Shown: piece by piece, positions 41,278-54,819 of the stretch
How the letters are laid out: the number at the start of each line of letters is the position of its first letter
Numbering within the stretch: the first letter of the stretch is position 1
Source of the DNA: Vicugna vicugna
Lineage: Eukaryota
Length of the DNA stretch: 64,000 nt
Direction of reading: 5' to 3'
NCBI GenBank assembly: GCA_013265495.1
Contig: MU057651.1
Location: 1,933,674 to 1,997,673 of the forward strand
Translations under genes and position numbers: made by a program
Notes under the pieces: model-generated
Told to the model about the DNA's origin: nothing
What the model saw: only the letters and a program-made list of their open reading frames with translations
Databases searched by the model: none

Positions 41278-41728
41278 ACACACAATGGAATACTATGCTG
41301 CCATAAAAAAGAATAAAATAATGCCATCTGCAGCAACATAGGTGGACCTGGAGATCGTCATTCTAAACGAAGTAAGCTAGAAAGAGAAAAAAAAATACCA
41401 TATGTGGAATCTAAAAAAAGGAAACTATGAACTCATCCATAAAACAGAAACAGACATAGTAAACAATATTAAGGTTACCAGGGAAAGGGGGTGGGAGGGG
41501 ATAAATTTGGGAGCTTGAGATTTGCAAATGTTAACCACTATCTATAAAAATAGATTTTAAAAAAAGTGTCTTTTGTAGAGCACAGGGAATTATGTTCAAT
41601 ATCTTGTAATAACCTTTAATGGAAACGAATATGAAAATGAATATATGTATGTAGATGCATGACTGGGACACAGTGCTGTGCACCAGAAATGGACACATTG
41701 TAACTGACTGCACTTCAATAAAAAACAA
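41278..41728 (+). mobile_element. Camelid-type L1 3' end
   Basis: acaatggaatactatgctgccataaaaaagaat...ggacacattgtaactgactgcacttcaataaaaa. Confidence 0.88.
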
Positions 41729-44399
41729 ATGAGATGGGACCAAGTGTATATACTCTGCATCCTCTAATATACATTGCACTAGGCATTTTTTTATTCACTT
41801 TATTATTTTATCTTACAAAATTCTTACTAAGTCAAGGTGTGATTATCCGCTTACAAATGAGAAAACCAAAACTGACAGAATCAAGATCTCCCCATCAAGG
41901 AGGAAAGAAACATTATTTGACTGGTGATAAGAAACAAACTCATTAGTTGGAATCTGTTACCAAAATAGTGATTGGATAGCTCTCCGAAGAGAAGGAGTAA
42001 TCCTTAGCTCTCTGAAAAGAGGCTGTTTTCCCAAAGACAAAAGTCTGAAGCAAGATTATTCTTGCCTTAGAAAATAATCAGTAACATGCAAGAACCTAAA
42101 CATTTTCCTCGTTGAGAAATTATTTTTATTTCCACAGTACCATTGACCTAGCAACACAGGCTGGGAAAAATAACAAAAAATGTTCAGAAATGTTGTACTT
42201 TAAAAAAATAAGGGAAAAAATAATAAAGATGTTATTTGTAAAACAGATATTCTCAATTCATTTTTCACTGCTGGTCTGTCGTCCGTCTGAAGCAGGAGTG
42301 AGAGAAAGGAGATGAAATTCCTTGCTGCCCTGCAGTTATAAGTTCTTATTCTGCCAGACACATGATTAGGGAACTTAACCAAATAAAAAAGAGGAAGTGA
42401 GAGTTTATTGAAACAGCACATTGTAGAAGAATTTCTTTGAGAAATTAAATAAATCCAGAGAAACAGTCCGCATCCTTTTCTACTGGGAGGCAGCAAGAGA
42501 TACGCGAATATCGAAACTTTAATGGGTGTGCGTGTGTGTTTATACCTACAATTGATGACAGATTTTCAAAGCAGTATTAAGCCCTGAATTTGGCCCTTCA
42601 GGGAGGTTCTTTGGAACACCAAAAGCCGGCACAGAACAAATTTTCCTTGTTGGATTCACTGACCTGCCTGCATTTAGACTTGAAGATCAAATGCACACAC
42701 TCTCTTATAAAGTTGTTGGCCTGAGGAGCCGTCTTGCTATTGGAAGACAAATGAATTTGACGTGGCCCTTGGAGAATTTAGAGTCAAGTTTTCACTGAGA
42801 ACCCTGCTAGAATTTTGTTCCCAGTGCAGGTTGTTATAAAATACTTTATAAGTGTAACGAGTCCCGTGTCGTGGGACAGTGACGTGAGACCCCCGAGAGT
42901 CACCTCATTCTGCTTTCCTCTCGTCTTCACCTACTTTTTATCAGTCTCCCCTGTGCACAACTTTTCTACAGAATGCCTTTTAAACGTTAGTGACTAGCCA
43001 GTGTGCAAGCTCACTCTTCCCCTCGATTGGCATGTTCTCCTGGACAACTTCATGCACCAAGTCTACAACAGCCATCTAGGTGCTAACAATTTCTGCACGA
43101 CCTCCAGGCTACTGCTGTCCCCTTAACTAGCCACCTGCCTCTTGTGCGTAGTCTGAGGTCAAAGAGCCCACCAGGGAGGGGCTGGTGGCAAGGCAGAGGA
43201 AGGGATTCTACCCCTGTGCAGATTTAGATTTCAACGCTTACCTCTTTCTGCCTTCTCCTCCATTTGGTTTCCATCTATGCTGGTCTCCTTATAGCTGCTG
43301 TAATGGTTTATGCCCCCTTTGATATCGCACGGGCCGTTTGCTCTGCCTAGAATGCATTTCTCCACGTATTTACTTTGCTGATTTACATTCATTCTTAGCT
43401 CAAACATGACCTTCTCTTGTAATATTGTTTAAAAACCTACCCACTGTACTTTTAAATGTACTGGGCATATCTGTTTTAGAGCCCTTAATACACTATACGC
43501 AGTCACCTGGGTGATCTTTTATTTCCGCTTCCAGTTGTTTGCCTATTGGATATGAATGGCTGCGTTGTCTTCGCATTAGCATCGCAACGACTGTACCAGC
43601 TTTCACATAAGATTAACTCAATACGTTCTGAACGAAGAAATTAATAGACCATGGACTGAACAAATTGATGAATGAGGATGCCTGCCAAAGACACATTCCT
43701 TTTCGGGAAGATGGTTTGTGTTACTAAAGAAATGTACGCGTGCCCTCGGGAAATAATAATTACCTGCAAAGGGTGCTCGAGACACACAGAATCGTTTTTT
43801 AACGTCATCTAAAAAGAACATGATGTTTGTCTATTAGAACCATGTATGTCTGGTTAGGTATTAGGTGAAAATGTAATCCTTGGCCAGCTCTATGAAATCC
43901 CCCCATCCATCTGGGATTCTGTCCATATGCCAATGACCCACAAGATTCAATATGGCAGCAGAGGTGGTTAATTTCCTTGATGCTGGTAGTTGGTGAGGGC
44001 AACGTTTAAGGCTCCAGCTAACACGTAGAGCAAATAGTTCCTTCTGATGCATCAAGGAAGGTTCCCAAGAGTAAATGAGGTACTGGTTGAGTACCTTGAA
44101 AAGTGTTGGAATAAACAAGATAACAGAAGATGAGTTTAGGAGGCAGACTTGCAAGGAGAGAAAATGGAATGAATGATGACTTGAAGAGTTCAGAAATGGT
44201 GAGCAGTTCAGCGTGGCGTTGCCACGGAAACACAATGTGATGACGGCGGGCACCGTATTGGCAAGGAGAATGGAGAGGAAGTTGGAGGCTAAATCTTAAA
44301 AGTCCAAAGATGGCGCGAGGTGAGGGAGATGAGATTCTTTTTAATGCCACTGCTTTGTAAAAGTCATTGAGATTTTACTATGTGTCAGAGATACGGCTA

Positions 44400-44575
44400 A
44401 AGCCATTAGACTTGTGACCTCATTTAATCTCCTCTTGAATCATGGAAGATGTTTAAGCTTGTGTTAAAGGCGAGAAACTGAGGTCTGGTCAAAGTAAGTA
44501 ACTTCCTGTGAGCCGCCCTGCTGGTAGACGGTAGAGTCGGAATCTGAAGCCAATGTTCGTAATGACTCTACTGGC
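44400..44575 (-). mobile_element. MIR remnant
   Basis: ctcatttaatctcc...gagaaactgaggtctgg...taagtaacttcc. Confidence 0.55.
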
Positions 44576-44711
44576 CACGTTTCCAAGTCTGGCTTTTCTC
44601 AGTTCACCCGTGAAGGAATTTCCAGATGGTAATGATTTGCCTGTCATTGGCCAGAGCTGCACTTGACCTCCAGCTCAACACAGCCTCAGCTGAGATGAAT
44701 GATCATGGTGG

Positions 44712-44910
44712 TGCTGCCAGGGGCCAGATTCCTGTCTCGTCGCAGAAAGAATTCAGGGACGAGACACAGAGGTTAAGAAGTGAGTATAAACTTGCTGTGT
44801 ATCTATTTTATATAGAGGAGTGAGTATCTGCTAATCTTGAACCAGGAATGGACACAGCATTGTAAACTGACTACACTTCAATTAAAAAAAATAGAAGAAA
44901 AAAAAAAAAA
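44712..44910. mobile_element. Short LTR-like fragment followed by a small L1 3' piece with internal inversion
   Basis: tgctgccaggggccagattcctgtctcg...; antisense L1 3' UTR piece (tgctgtgtatctattttta) joined to sense terminus ggacacagcattgtaaactgactacacttcaatt and poly-A. Confidence 0.55.
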
Positions 44911-45618
44911 AGGCCAAGCTCTCAAATTCCATGATTTTCAGTAACACATTCAACTGGTCTTTTCTTCTAAGAAGAATGTGGCAGACCCTGCATAACATTG
45001 CTTTTTATATAACACTTGCATAATTACATAAATATATGCATTGAGTTTACATAAAAGTTTTGACGTTTACATAAATATTATTACCTCTTATCTCAGCTCC
45101 TTAATTCTTAACCATCATAACCCCTACTTAACAAAGGAGAAAACTAAACATTAAATAATTGCTCAGGGTTTATCATTATCATTTATCACATAGCGACAGC
45201 CGAGAAAAATCAAAAGATTATCCACGTGATTTCAGAGTCAGTCTACCTAATTACTCTTTGTCACTCTGTTATGAACCTGGTTTGAAGTGATGTGTTCCCA
45301 AAAGACCGACTTACACTTTATGTCTGAAAAAATGCTGAAGTTTTGGTACTGGAAAAGCAGAGGGTCATGACTGTATTCCCATCTGTGACCCGAACTGGAA
45401 TGCAGAAAGTTCTCTCTTCTGCTTGTTTACATTCTCCTCCATTTGATAATTTTGCTTAAAGTCTGCTTTTCCATGGAAATGTCATCCATTCATCCCAAAA
45501 TTCTATACTAACTTGGTTCTTTGTCGGCTCCTGGTCATGCCCAACAGTGTGCAAACTGGACAGTATCCTGTCCTCAGAGATTCCGACTTAGAAAGATTAT
45601 CTGTGAGGGTGAGGAAAT

Positions 45619-45695
45619 AATATATATATATGTATATATATATATACATATATATATACATATATATACATATATATATATATGCATGTATACAC
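45619..45695. repeat. (TA)n/(TACA) microsatellite
   Basis: Directly visible. Confidence 0.9.
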
Positions 45696-46741
45696 ATTTT
45701 AATTATTTAATCAAATTGCATTCTACTTGATTAATAATTCTGTGATCCTCTTTTACAATCTAGGCACTGGTTCTACAGAATTTCTTTAAAGACTCCATCC
45801 TGTACAATCCTTTATCAATGAATGAAACAACAACATTGTTGTGATGCCCTGTTCTGTGCACGTAATCGTTGCTTTATTCACAATAAGGAATATTACTATA
45901 TGGAAAAAAATGTAAATCATAGCAGCAACATAGCACAGTTTGCATAAGAAAGAAGAAATTAAGAGATGTGCGTTGCTGAAATCCATTCGCAACAATATGT
46001 ATTTTTATTATATAAAACGAAATATGAAAAGAATGTGTGTAAACTAATCAAATTCTGAATTATAGGCAACAGAAGGAAGAAGTCTGAGGTTTTTCTGAGT
46101 ATACATTGTAACACAGTTTTGCTAGTGAACAACAAAATATAATCACTTGCTCTATCTCACTGTCAAATATCCCCTAATTTTACTGAGAACTTTCCTGTGA
46201 GGATGTTGGTGTGTGTCGCATACGAGTCTTTAAGCAAACAGGTGTGCATGTCCTACGTGACGATTAGGAACATTGTCGCTTTCGTGGAATCTGTGATTCT
46301 CTGTAATCAACACTAAATCGTGGAGCGACGGAGATATGGTTTCGCTGTCAAAAAATTAAAAAAAAAATAGGTCCCAGGTGTTATGCTGAAGAATGAAAGC
46401 CTCACACATCCTGGATGGCTAAGAGCTCTTTGTTACGTACAGCTCGCCAAACCAAGTTATTTGATGACGGACGGAGCGACAAGTCACCATCAGAGAGATT
46501 TCAAAATGAAGGAAATTGAAGCTCAATTACGGTTGTCATCATTTCAAAATCCACAAGGGAAAATCAAAGCAAACTGACTCGGTCATAAATGTTCCCTGGC
46601 AGACTCTCTACCACTGTTCTTCAATGTGCAACGTCTGCCTATTGTAACAGGCACAGAATACACGGACCACCACGGTCATTAAGTCAGGGATGCTGCTAAC
46701 ACAAAAAGTGAGTCTTGGACACGTGAAAAGGAATAAGGATT

Positions 46742-46912
46742 GGGGAGCGTACAGCTCAAGTGGTAGAGCACGTGCTTAGCATGCACGAGGTCCTGGGTTC
46801 GATCCCCAGCACCTCCTCTAAAAAATAAATAAACCTCGTTACCTCCCCCCACCAAAATGAAATAATTCAACAATACAGTAATAAATAAAACATAAAATTA
46901 TTTTTTTTAAAA
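46742..46912 (+). mobile_element. tRNA-derived camelid SINE (Vic-1-like), full length
   Basis: ggggagcgtacagctcaagtggtagagcacgtgcttagcatgcacgaggtcctgggttcgatcccc (A and B boxes); TSD aaaaggaataag at 46726-46737 and 46913-46924. Confidence 0.9.
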
Positions 46913-46999
46913 AAAAGGAATAAGAGAAAGCTTCTAGGAGTTTGGAAAGCATCTAGATTTAAAGTCCAGTAACATAGACAGAGGTGCACATGTGAATGT

Positions 47000-47450
47000 C
47001 GACGGGCTTCTGCCGTAACAGAAGACCACAGATTGTATTTTGACTTGACCGACAGAAATGTATTTTCTCCCAGTTCTGGAAACTAGAAACCCAAGACCCA
47101 TGGGCCCCTGGAATTGGATTCTGGTGAGATCGCTCCTCCTGGCTTGTAAACAGTGCCTTCTCTCTTGCCCTCATATGGTTTTTCTTTAGTGTTTATGCAG
47201 AGAGCAAGATTTCTGACTTTTTTTTTTCAGATGAGGGTACTGGGGACTGAACCTGGGACCTCCTTCGTGCTAAGCATGCGCTCCACCCCTGAGCTACACC
47301 CACCCCGCCTCTTCCTCTTTTTATAAAGACGCCTGTCCCATCAGATGAGGACCCCGCTCTTAATCTCACTTCACCTTTATTACGTCCTTAAATGTCCTGT
47401 CTTCAGGTATAATCACATTGGGAATCCGAGTTGCAATGTATATGAATTTT
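47000..47450 (-). mobile_element. MaLR (MLT1-type) LTR containing a SINE
   Basis: ctgccgtaacagaagaccacaga, cagaaatgtattttctcccagttctgga, atcagatgaggacccc, aatcacattggg. Confidence 0.75.
47218..47306 (-). mobile_element. tRNA-derived camelid SINE (Vic-1-like, short form)
   Basis: Poly-T then gggtactggggactgaacctgggacc...gtgctaagcatgcgctccacccctgagctacaccc. Confidence 0.8.
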
Positions 47451-50400
47451 GGAAATCTATGCCACAGACATAGAGAGAGGGACTTGGAGGCAGCTGTACA
47501 TTTTAGCAGGAATGTTCACACGTTTCAGTTTTATTTTACTTTCACGACGTTACACGCTTCTTCTAGAGGCATTAGCTCATGTTAAGCGCCCCTGGTTCTG
47601 ACATCTTCCCCGGGAGATGTGTGTGTGGAACACACATGACACTCAGACCTGGGTCCCTTCAGTCCGTCCTTTCTTCATAAAGGAGACTCTGATTCCATTT
47701 AATGTTGGAAAATATCTTCATTTGTCCTCACTCATGTGAATGGTTAGTTCATGAAGAGTGGCCACCGTTAGTTCTTGAAGGTCAGTTTATACAAAGGGGG
47801 CTGAGACTCTGAGAAGTTGACGTTAAGCGCCCAAGGTCACCCCAGTGGATTCTAGTGTTTGCACTAATTTATTCATGAAATATCCATTACTTTACTCAGT
47901 TGCGTCTTGTCCAACATCCACTAGGCACACGATTCTGTTGCTACAAAGACAGACAAAGCTATTTCTGTGGTGCTGAGAATTTATTCTCTCATTTCCCCAC
48001 CTTCCAACCAAACAGAATGGTTGCTCACCTTCCACGCCTGCTCCTCCCTGAGCGTGAATCCCAACACACTCCCCAACCCAACGACTCTTAAACGCCATGC
48101 CTTACCTCCAACTTCCCACGCTTCCGCTTGCAAGTCTTCTCCAGCTTGCAAAGCCCTTTCTCTGCCGTCTCCTGGAAATCACTTGTCACTCCTACTTGCC
48201 ATTGGGTTCGTGAATTTATCACCTCCCTGGACAGACAAAACCCTTAAGAACTTACCCACTGTCTCCCCAGCGGAGCTTAGAGACTCCAAGCCTTATGCAC
48301 TGGCCGTCCAGTTCCTTTCTCCATCACCACGTCACACTCCCTCACTGTCTTCTCTGCAAAAATGAGGGTCGCTCAGTTTCTGAGCTGCTGCCCCCATTAC
48401 TGTCCCCACATCCTGCTAGCTCTCTTTAAAAGCCCTGATCTTATATTATAAAATTATTTTCGGCAAAGTACAGAAAACTTCACTCTCCATAAGAGTAAGA
48501 TCCTGGTTATACTCATGTGACATTTAGAAAGTACTTGAAAAATATTTATGAGTAAATGAATTGATTACTATGGACATCTAGGGAAAAAATGTGACATTCA
48601 GAAAAAATCCGAGTGCTCGCAGTAACTCAGAGGTATCGTGTAAATTCGATGACAAATAAGGCTTCCTTTTGCCAGTTAAACCTGTTGCCTGTCCCACTCT
48701 CCGCTGTTGGGTATGGGGTGAATGCCTGCTGGTCTCCACCTGGCAGAGCTTCAAAAATAAATGAAGAGATTTCTTTATATCATTAATTATGGGGCTGAAG
48801 TCTTTTTCCATTCAGAGCCCGAGGCGCTACACATAGCGAATAGAAGTTGGAGCTTCTAATAACCCAGAAACCATCACTGAAGGGAATTCACGTATCAAAG
48901 CAAATGTGATGGAATTAAAAAAATAAGTGTGCTACCCACCAAGACATTCATAGGAAATGTCATTTCATCTTCAAACAGAACAGGAGGAAATATTTCTCAA
49001 CAAACACTGATTGAACAGACGTTGTGGACAATGACCTGGGTGTTTTAAAAGCATCTCACTTAAGCACCCAGTCATCGCCATCCTTCACGGGAAGGAATTC
49101 AAACCAGTGGGATTCACTGACGTGGTGGAATTTACAGAGCCAATTCACAGCTGTAGAAAAGTCAAGGAGAATCTTGCAAAATATTTAGCTTTCTTTTAAA
49201 TTAATCATGAACCTTTTTTTTTTTTTTTACACTGTGCATTGTAGCAATGCTCTGTGCAGGAGCCGCCGAGTCTTCTGGGAATCTCTGGAGGACAACGTGT
49301 GGTAAGAAATGTTAGCAGAGATATGACTGGTGTCACAGGCCGGCACCATCAGCGACTAACTGTGGTCCAGGACATGTCAAGTCCCATCCATTTTGCTTCT
49401 TCCTGCCCACCAGCTTGGAGTTTTTTTGTCCCGCCCAGGGATCATATATTCTGAACCCAGAGGGCATTATAATTGGTGAATAACTTAGGGAGTTTGAGAC
49501 CAAGCAGGTTTGGTTCTTATCTGAATAAGATAGTTCACTAACTCAGTTATTCTGAAAGACACTCACCTCACCCGAACCTTTGTTTCCTTGTCTTCAGTTG
49601 GTGAGAATGATGTCGGTTTTATGACGCTGCTGTGAGAATTGCAACGTGTGGGCCCACGATGCGGACCCACGAGGTCCTCGCCCTCTGAGTGAAGTCCAGC
49701 TCCGTGAACTCATCTGTCTCTGGAACAAACACACTGCAGCGGCCAGAGCATCCTTTCCCTCTGTCCTGGTCTCTCTCAGTCTCTCTCTCGCTCTCTCTGC
49801 TCTTTGACTTTTCACCTTCCTTGCTCTTCATATGCAGAAGAGTCCTAGATGAGAGTCATTATTTCCAATTTACATGGAGACTACGGAAGGACAAAAAGGG
49901 TAAATAACCATCGCAGTGTCTCATGGTGCTGATAAGACAGAAAGCCAGAGCTCCAGCCTAACGCAGGAATCACATACTTTCCACCAGATGTAGAAATGCA
50001 GATACCAAGTGTGGATGTACGTTCTTAAATGATCCGGAACGCCAAAGGCTATCTCAGGACTGCACAGTTAGCTAAGATCTGTGTTCTCACTGTCCTTTGA
50101 TACTTTTATTATTATTTTTAATAGTGAGATCTCAGGCTTGAGTGGCGTCCCAGTGAAATGGGGCACAGCTTGACTTTGCAAAAACGGCTCTTTGGATTTC
50201 TCCGCGGGCTGGAACTTCTTGACTTGTCAGGATTCCCTGCACCTGCCCCACAGGCGCCTCTGCAGGTGTGATGCCTCAGACCCTTGCTTCTGAACGCAGC
50301 ACATCCAGCAGGACACAGCTGCTCCCTGAGGGCCAGACGGGGGATTCAAACGAGTCAGCGTTGCTGGGAAGGGAGTGCTGAACGAGAAGAAAGGACCACG

Positions 50401-51744
50401 AGGACTCCCCGGGGAGGACAGGAGCGCAAAGTGAGCCGGGGAAGGCAGAGAACGGAGTGGATCTCCTTAAACAGGGTCTTCCGGCCCACTAGGTAATAAA
50501 CCTTATTTCAGATCGACGTTGCGTGATATTTAAATTGATGAAGCATGCACAAAACACCTGCAGGAGGTGGCATTGCTGTTTGCAACCTTCGCTGACCTTC
50601 GAAGTAATCCCAGAGAGAAGCCCACCTTCCAGCTCTGCTGCCCCCAGAGTCCCACCTGGTGTACACAGGAGACTAAACCAACATCTAAACCGTGTTGGAA
50701 GCTGCTAAGTCTCAACGCTCAAGTCTCTGCTTGGACTTAATGAGGAAATTACGTAACGCATCACTGTTTTGTTTTGTTTTGTTTTGTTTCATCCAAGGGT
50801 AGGCAATTATCTGGGCTGCTTTTAACTTACAAACTGAACTGTTTGTAGTCATCTGATAATTTAAATATGAAGAACCAGTGTCTCTTTCTATGTATTATTA
50901 TTTCATTCCAGCCCCAGGTCTTCAGGGTTTGCTTCTAACAGTAGGCAATTCTTTGGGCGTCAGAACCATAAAAAAAAGAAATTTCTAGAAAAATAGGCAT
51001 GGAGTCCTGTGTCACCTTTTGAGGACAAGGATGGTGGAGTGTCCAGCTTTCATCTCCAGAACCTAGAACAAGGCTTTGAAAAACGAACATTCTCCATGGG
51101 TCGAAAGGCTGTTAACATGCACCACATACTCGGTGACTGTCTTGCTGAGTTGAATGATCATTTTAACAGTTTTTCTAAAATGCAGCCTCTTTCTCTTTTC
51201 ATTCCCAGCCACACGACTGTTCTCCTGTGATGAAGCTCTGTGACAGAAGTCCCCCCTCCACTGCAACAGCTACCCATTTACATGGCAAGTGTCTCAATTT
51301 TAAGAAGGATGTGCAGCAAAACATCCCTTTTTTTTTCTTTCCTATAAATCAGCTTAATTTCGTGTCACTGGCTGGGCAGGAACATTGTCCTCCGGCACTT
51401 GGAAGCCGCCAGGCTCACCGGTCTGACCCCTGTTCTAAGGCTGAGTGAGGTCCGCACTGCAGCCACCCACCCCCACTGCACGTTCGGCCCGGGGGGCTGC
51501 ACTTCCTACCGCACGCAGGACCAGTGGGTGCTCGAGTCCGCCTGGCCGAGGTCCTGCCGTCCTGGTGGTGGGTGAGCACACCGAGGCCCTCGCAGCAAGC
51601 CTGAACACTCGGTGCTCGGGAGACCCTCCGGTCCCTGCATGCTGGGAGTACCTCCTTTGCTTCCAAGCACCTTCATGTCTCCTTCATCTCTTTCTTCAGT
51701 GGATCTAGGCTTTGAAAAACCGATTCCAGAACACCTTTCTTCTT

Positions 51745-53258
51745 AGTTTGGAAGAACAGTTGACATTGGTTGATTACCCAGGGGGCACGAAGGGAAAAAT
51801 ACAAGGAGAAGGCAAAAAAATGAAAATCTCAAAAAATAACTACACACACTCTTCAGCAAATGGTGTTGGGAAAACTGGACAGCAGCATGTAAAACAATGA
51901 AGCTAGAACACACCCTTACACCATACACAAAAATCAACTCAAAATGGATTAAAGACTTAAACATAAGACAAGATACAATAAACCTCCTAGAGGAAAACAT
52001 AGGCAAAACATTATCTGACATACATTTCAAAAATTTTCTCCTAGAAGAAATAAAAGCAAGAATAAACAAATGGGACCTAATGAAACTTACAAGCTTCTGC
52101 AGAGCAAAGGAAACCAGAAATAAAACAAGAAGAAAACCTACGGAATGGGAGAAAATTTTTGCAAGTGAAACCGACAAAGGCTTGATCTCCAGAATACATA
52201 AGCAGCTCATACGACTCAATAAGAAAAAAATAAACAACCCAATCCAAAAATGGGCAGAAGACCTAAACAAGCAATTCTCCAAGGAAGACATACAAATGAT
52301 CAAAAAGCACATGAAAAAATGCTCAATATCACTAATTATCAGAGAAATGCAAATCAAAACTACAATGAGGTATCACCTCACACCAGTCAGAATGGCCGTC
52401 ATTCAAAAATCCAAAAATGACAAATGCTGGAGAGGCTGTGGAGAAAGGGGAACCCTCCTACACTGCTGGTGGGAATGCAGTTTGGTGCAGCCACTATGGA
52501 AAACAGTGTGGAGATTCCTCAAAAGACTAGGAATAGACTTACCATATGACCCAGGAATCCCACTCCTGGGCTTGTACCCAGAAGGAAATCTACTTCAGGA
52601 TGACACCTGCACCCCAATGTTCATAGCAGCACTATTTACAATAGCCAAAACAAGGAAACAACCTAAATGTACATCAACAGGTGACTGGATAAAGAAGAGG
52701 TGGTATATTTATACAATGGAATACTACTCAGCCATAAAAACCAACAACATAATGCCATTTGCAGCAACATGGATGCTCCTAGAGAAGTGAAGTAAGCCAG
52801 AAAGAGAAAGAAAAATACCATATGAGATCGCTCATATGTGGAATCTAAAAAACAAAAACAAACAAACAAACAAAAACAAAGCATAAATATAGGACAGAAA
52901 TAGACTCATGGACAGAGAATACAGACTTGTGGTTACTGGGTGTGGGGGGGTAGAGGGTGGGAAGGGATAGACTGGGATTTCAAAATTGTAGAATAAACAA
53001 GATTACACTGTATAGCACAGGAAAATATACACAAAATGTTATGATAAATCACAGAGAACAAAATGTGACAATGAGTGTGTATATGTTCATGAATGACTGA
53101 AAAATTGTGCTGAACACTGGAATTTGACACAACACTGTAAAATGATTATGAATCAATAAAAAATGTAAAAAAAAAATAACTACACACAGTAGTTGACCCC
53201 AAAATAACCATGTTCGCCTTTCCTTTCCTTTCTCCCGAGGTTCTGTGCTCACCGTCTG
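51745..53258. repeat. Unassigned interspersed element, copy A (51745-51848 + 53189-53258), split by the L1
   Basis: After removing the L1 and one TSD, the sequence aligns by eye with 54943-55119. Confidence 0.75.
51849..53170 (+). mobile_element. Young 5'-truncated LINE-1: ORF2 C-terminus, 3' UTR and poly-A
   Basis: Open frame 51849-52790 ([10 protein letters not shown]...[15 protein letters not shown]...[18 protein letters not shown]...[12 protein letters not shown]); perfect 18-bp TSD aaaaaataactacacaca at 51831-51848 and 53171-53188. Confidence 0.97.
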
Positions 53259-54059
53259 TGGCCAGGCCGTCGCCGGGGCCCGGGATCCCCTCCTCGGCCG
53301 CACCCTGGGGGTTGGTTAATTTCTGTCTTGTTTCGCCGACCTCCCCGTTTCTACAGGTTTGTCTCTCTTAACATGTTCTTAACTGACACCAGAGCCTCCC
53401 ACCTGAAAATAGCATTTCCCGACGGTGCACCTGCCGTTGCGTGTCCTCCGTGCCCCTCTGCAACTTACAGGAGAGGCTGGCCTTTCCACACTCGGCTTCT
53501 CACCGTGGAACCTCCTCGATGCCACCGGACTAAGTCGGCAAGAACGCCCCCTAGCTGCTGCGAATCTTCTCTCTCTTACTGCACCTGACTTTGCTGTGGT
53601 CCCTAAAATGATTTAAGTCCGATAAAGGACTTCCTGCCACTTGAAAGTCTCTGCTCCGTTGTCAGCCATCCCCTGATGTCCTTCCTGCCTCCCTGGTCAC
53701 CTGCCCTCGGGCTTTCCATGCGATCTTATTCCCCCAGGTCACGCCACAACAGTGCATGCCATCCAGGGCTACAGCCTTCCTGGTTTTGTTCACCATAGAG
53801 CTTGCAGACACAAGTCCAGATGGCTTTGTATAACAATTTCCATCGACTGCATGATCCTCGTTAAAATACTGAAAACCCCCAATGAAACCAGCTCCTAGCA
53901 TTTTTTTTTCATGATAACCATTTCCAACATGTACCTCCTAATGATACGAACCCTTATTTTCAGTTTCTTTTGCTCCTTTCAAACTATTTTACGTAAGTAA
54001 TCATTGACTATATTTTCAAAATAAAAGAGCAAAACCACACAGAAATTTATAGATTAAAA

Positions 54060-54545
54060 AAAATGCAAGCTCCCAATGGGGTCCCAAGCCCTGGATGCAG
54101 GCTCTCAGATCTGCTCCGAGAGAGTTCTCAGAAGAGGCAGGGGAGGAGCCAGGATCTACAGGGGCTTTTGCTACAAAGACCAGGTAGTGGGAGCATCAAA
54201 AGACGACTGTTGATTGAAGAAAGCCAGACATCTCAAGGAGTTTAGCACTTTTCTCTGTACGGGAAGATGCAAGGGTCTGGCTCATTGAAATCATCTCTTT
54301 GGTGTGCACCTAGCTCTCCGGGGCCAGGGTCCTGTCCTCGCCCATCCTGAGTCCCCTCTGGGTGCACCGTTGGGGGTGGCTGAGGGCTGGGCAGCGGGCA
54401 GCCTGCTTATCTGCATCCTGAGTTGCCTCCGGCTCACGGTCAGGGGCGGCGGGAGCGCCTGATGGCTGATGCCAGCTCTGGCAACATCCCTGATCCATGC
54501 CATCTTTGTCAACAACACCAAGCTGCGCCCTGCTGTATTTTCCTG
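54060..54545 (-). mobile_element. ERV1-class LTR (MER41-like)
   Basis: ggagccaggatctacagggg, aagccagacatctcaaggagtttagcacttttctctgtacgggaagatgcaagggtctgg resemble recalled Laurasiatherian ERV1 LTRs. Confidence 0.65.
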
Positions 54546-54819
54546 AAGGCACAGTGGCTGCCTTTAGAATGTCTTTTCTATTTATTGGCGTCTCCCTTCC
54601 ACTGGTGTGCGAGCTCCAGGAAGCCAGGAATTCTGTCTTGTTCAGTTCTTACTTCCAGCAGAATCTGGCACTGAATCGTGAAATGCAGAACTGTCCTGCT
54701 GGGGCAGTAAGGAAGCAACAGGGAGGCGGAGATCCCTATTTGGTTATCTGTATAGGTGACGGCGTTTACGGAGCATGTGATCTGAAAAAGGCGATAGCAG
54801 AATTCACCGATGGTGATGG

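Noticed and set aside
46742..46815. Apparent tRNA-Ala gene
   Set aside because: It is a SINE head: it has a 3' extension, an A-rich tail, a TSD and three related copies in the window.
51743..52357. 204-aa hydrophobic minus-strand ORF
   Set aside because: Antisense shadow of L1 ORF2, not a membrane protein.
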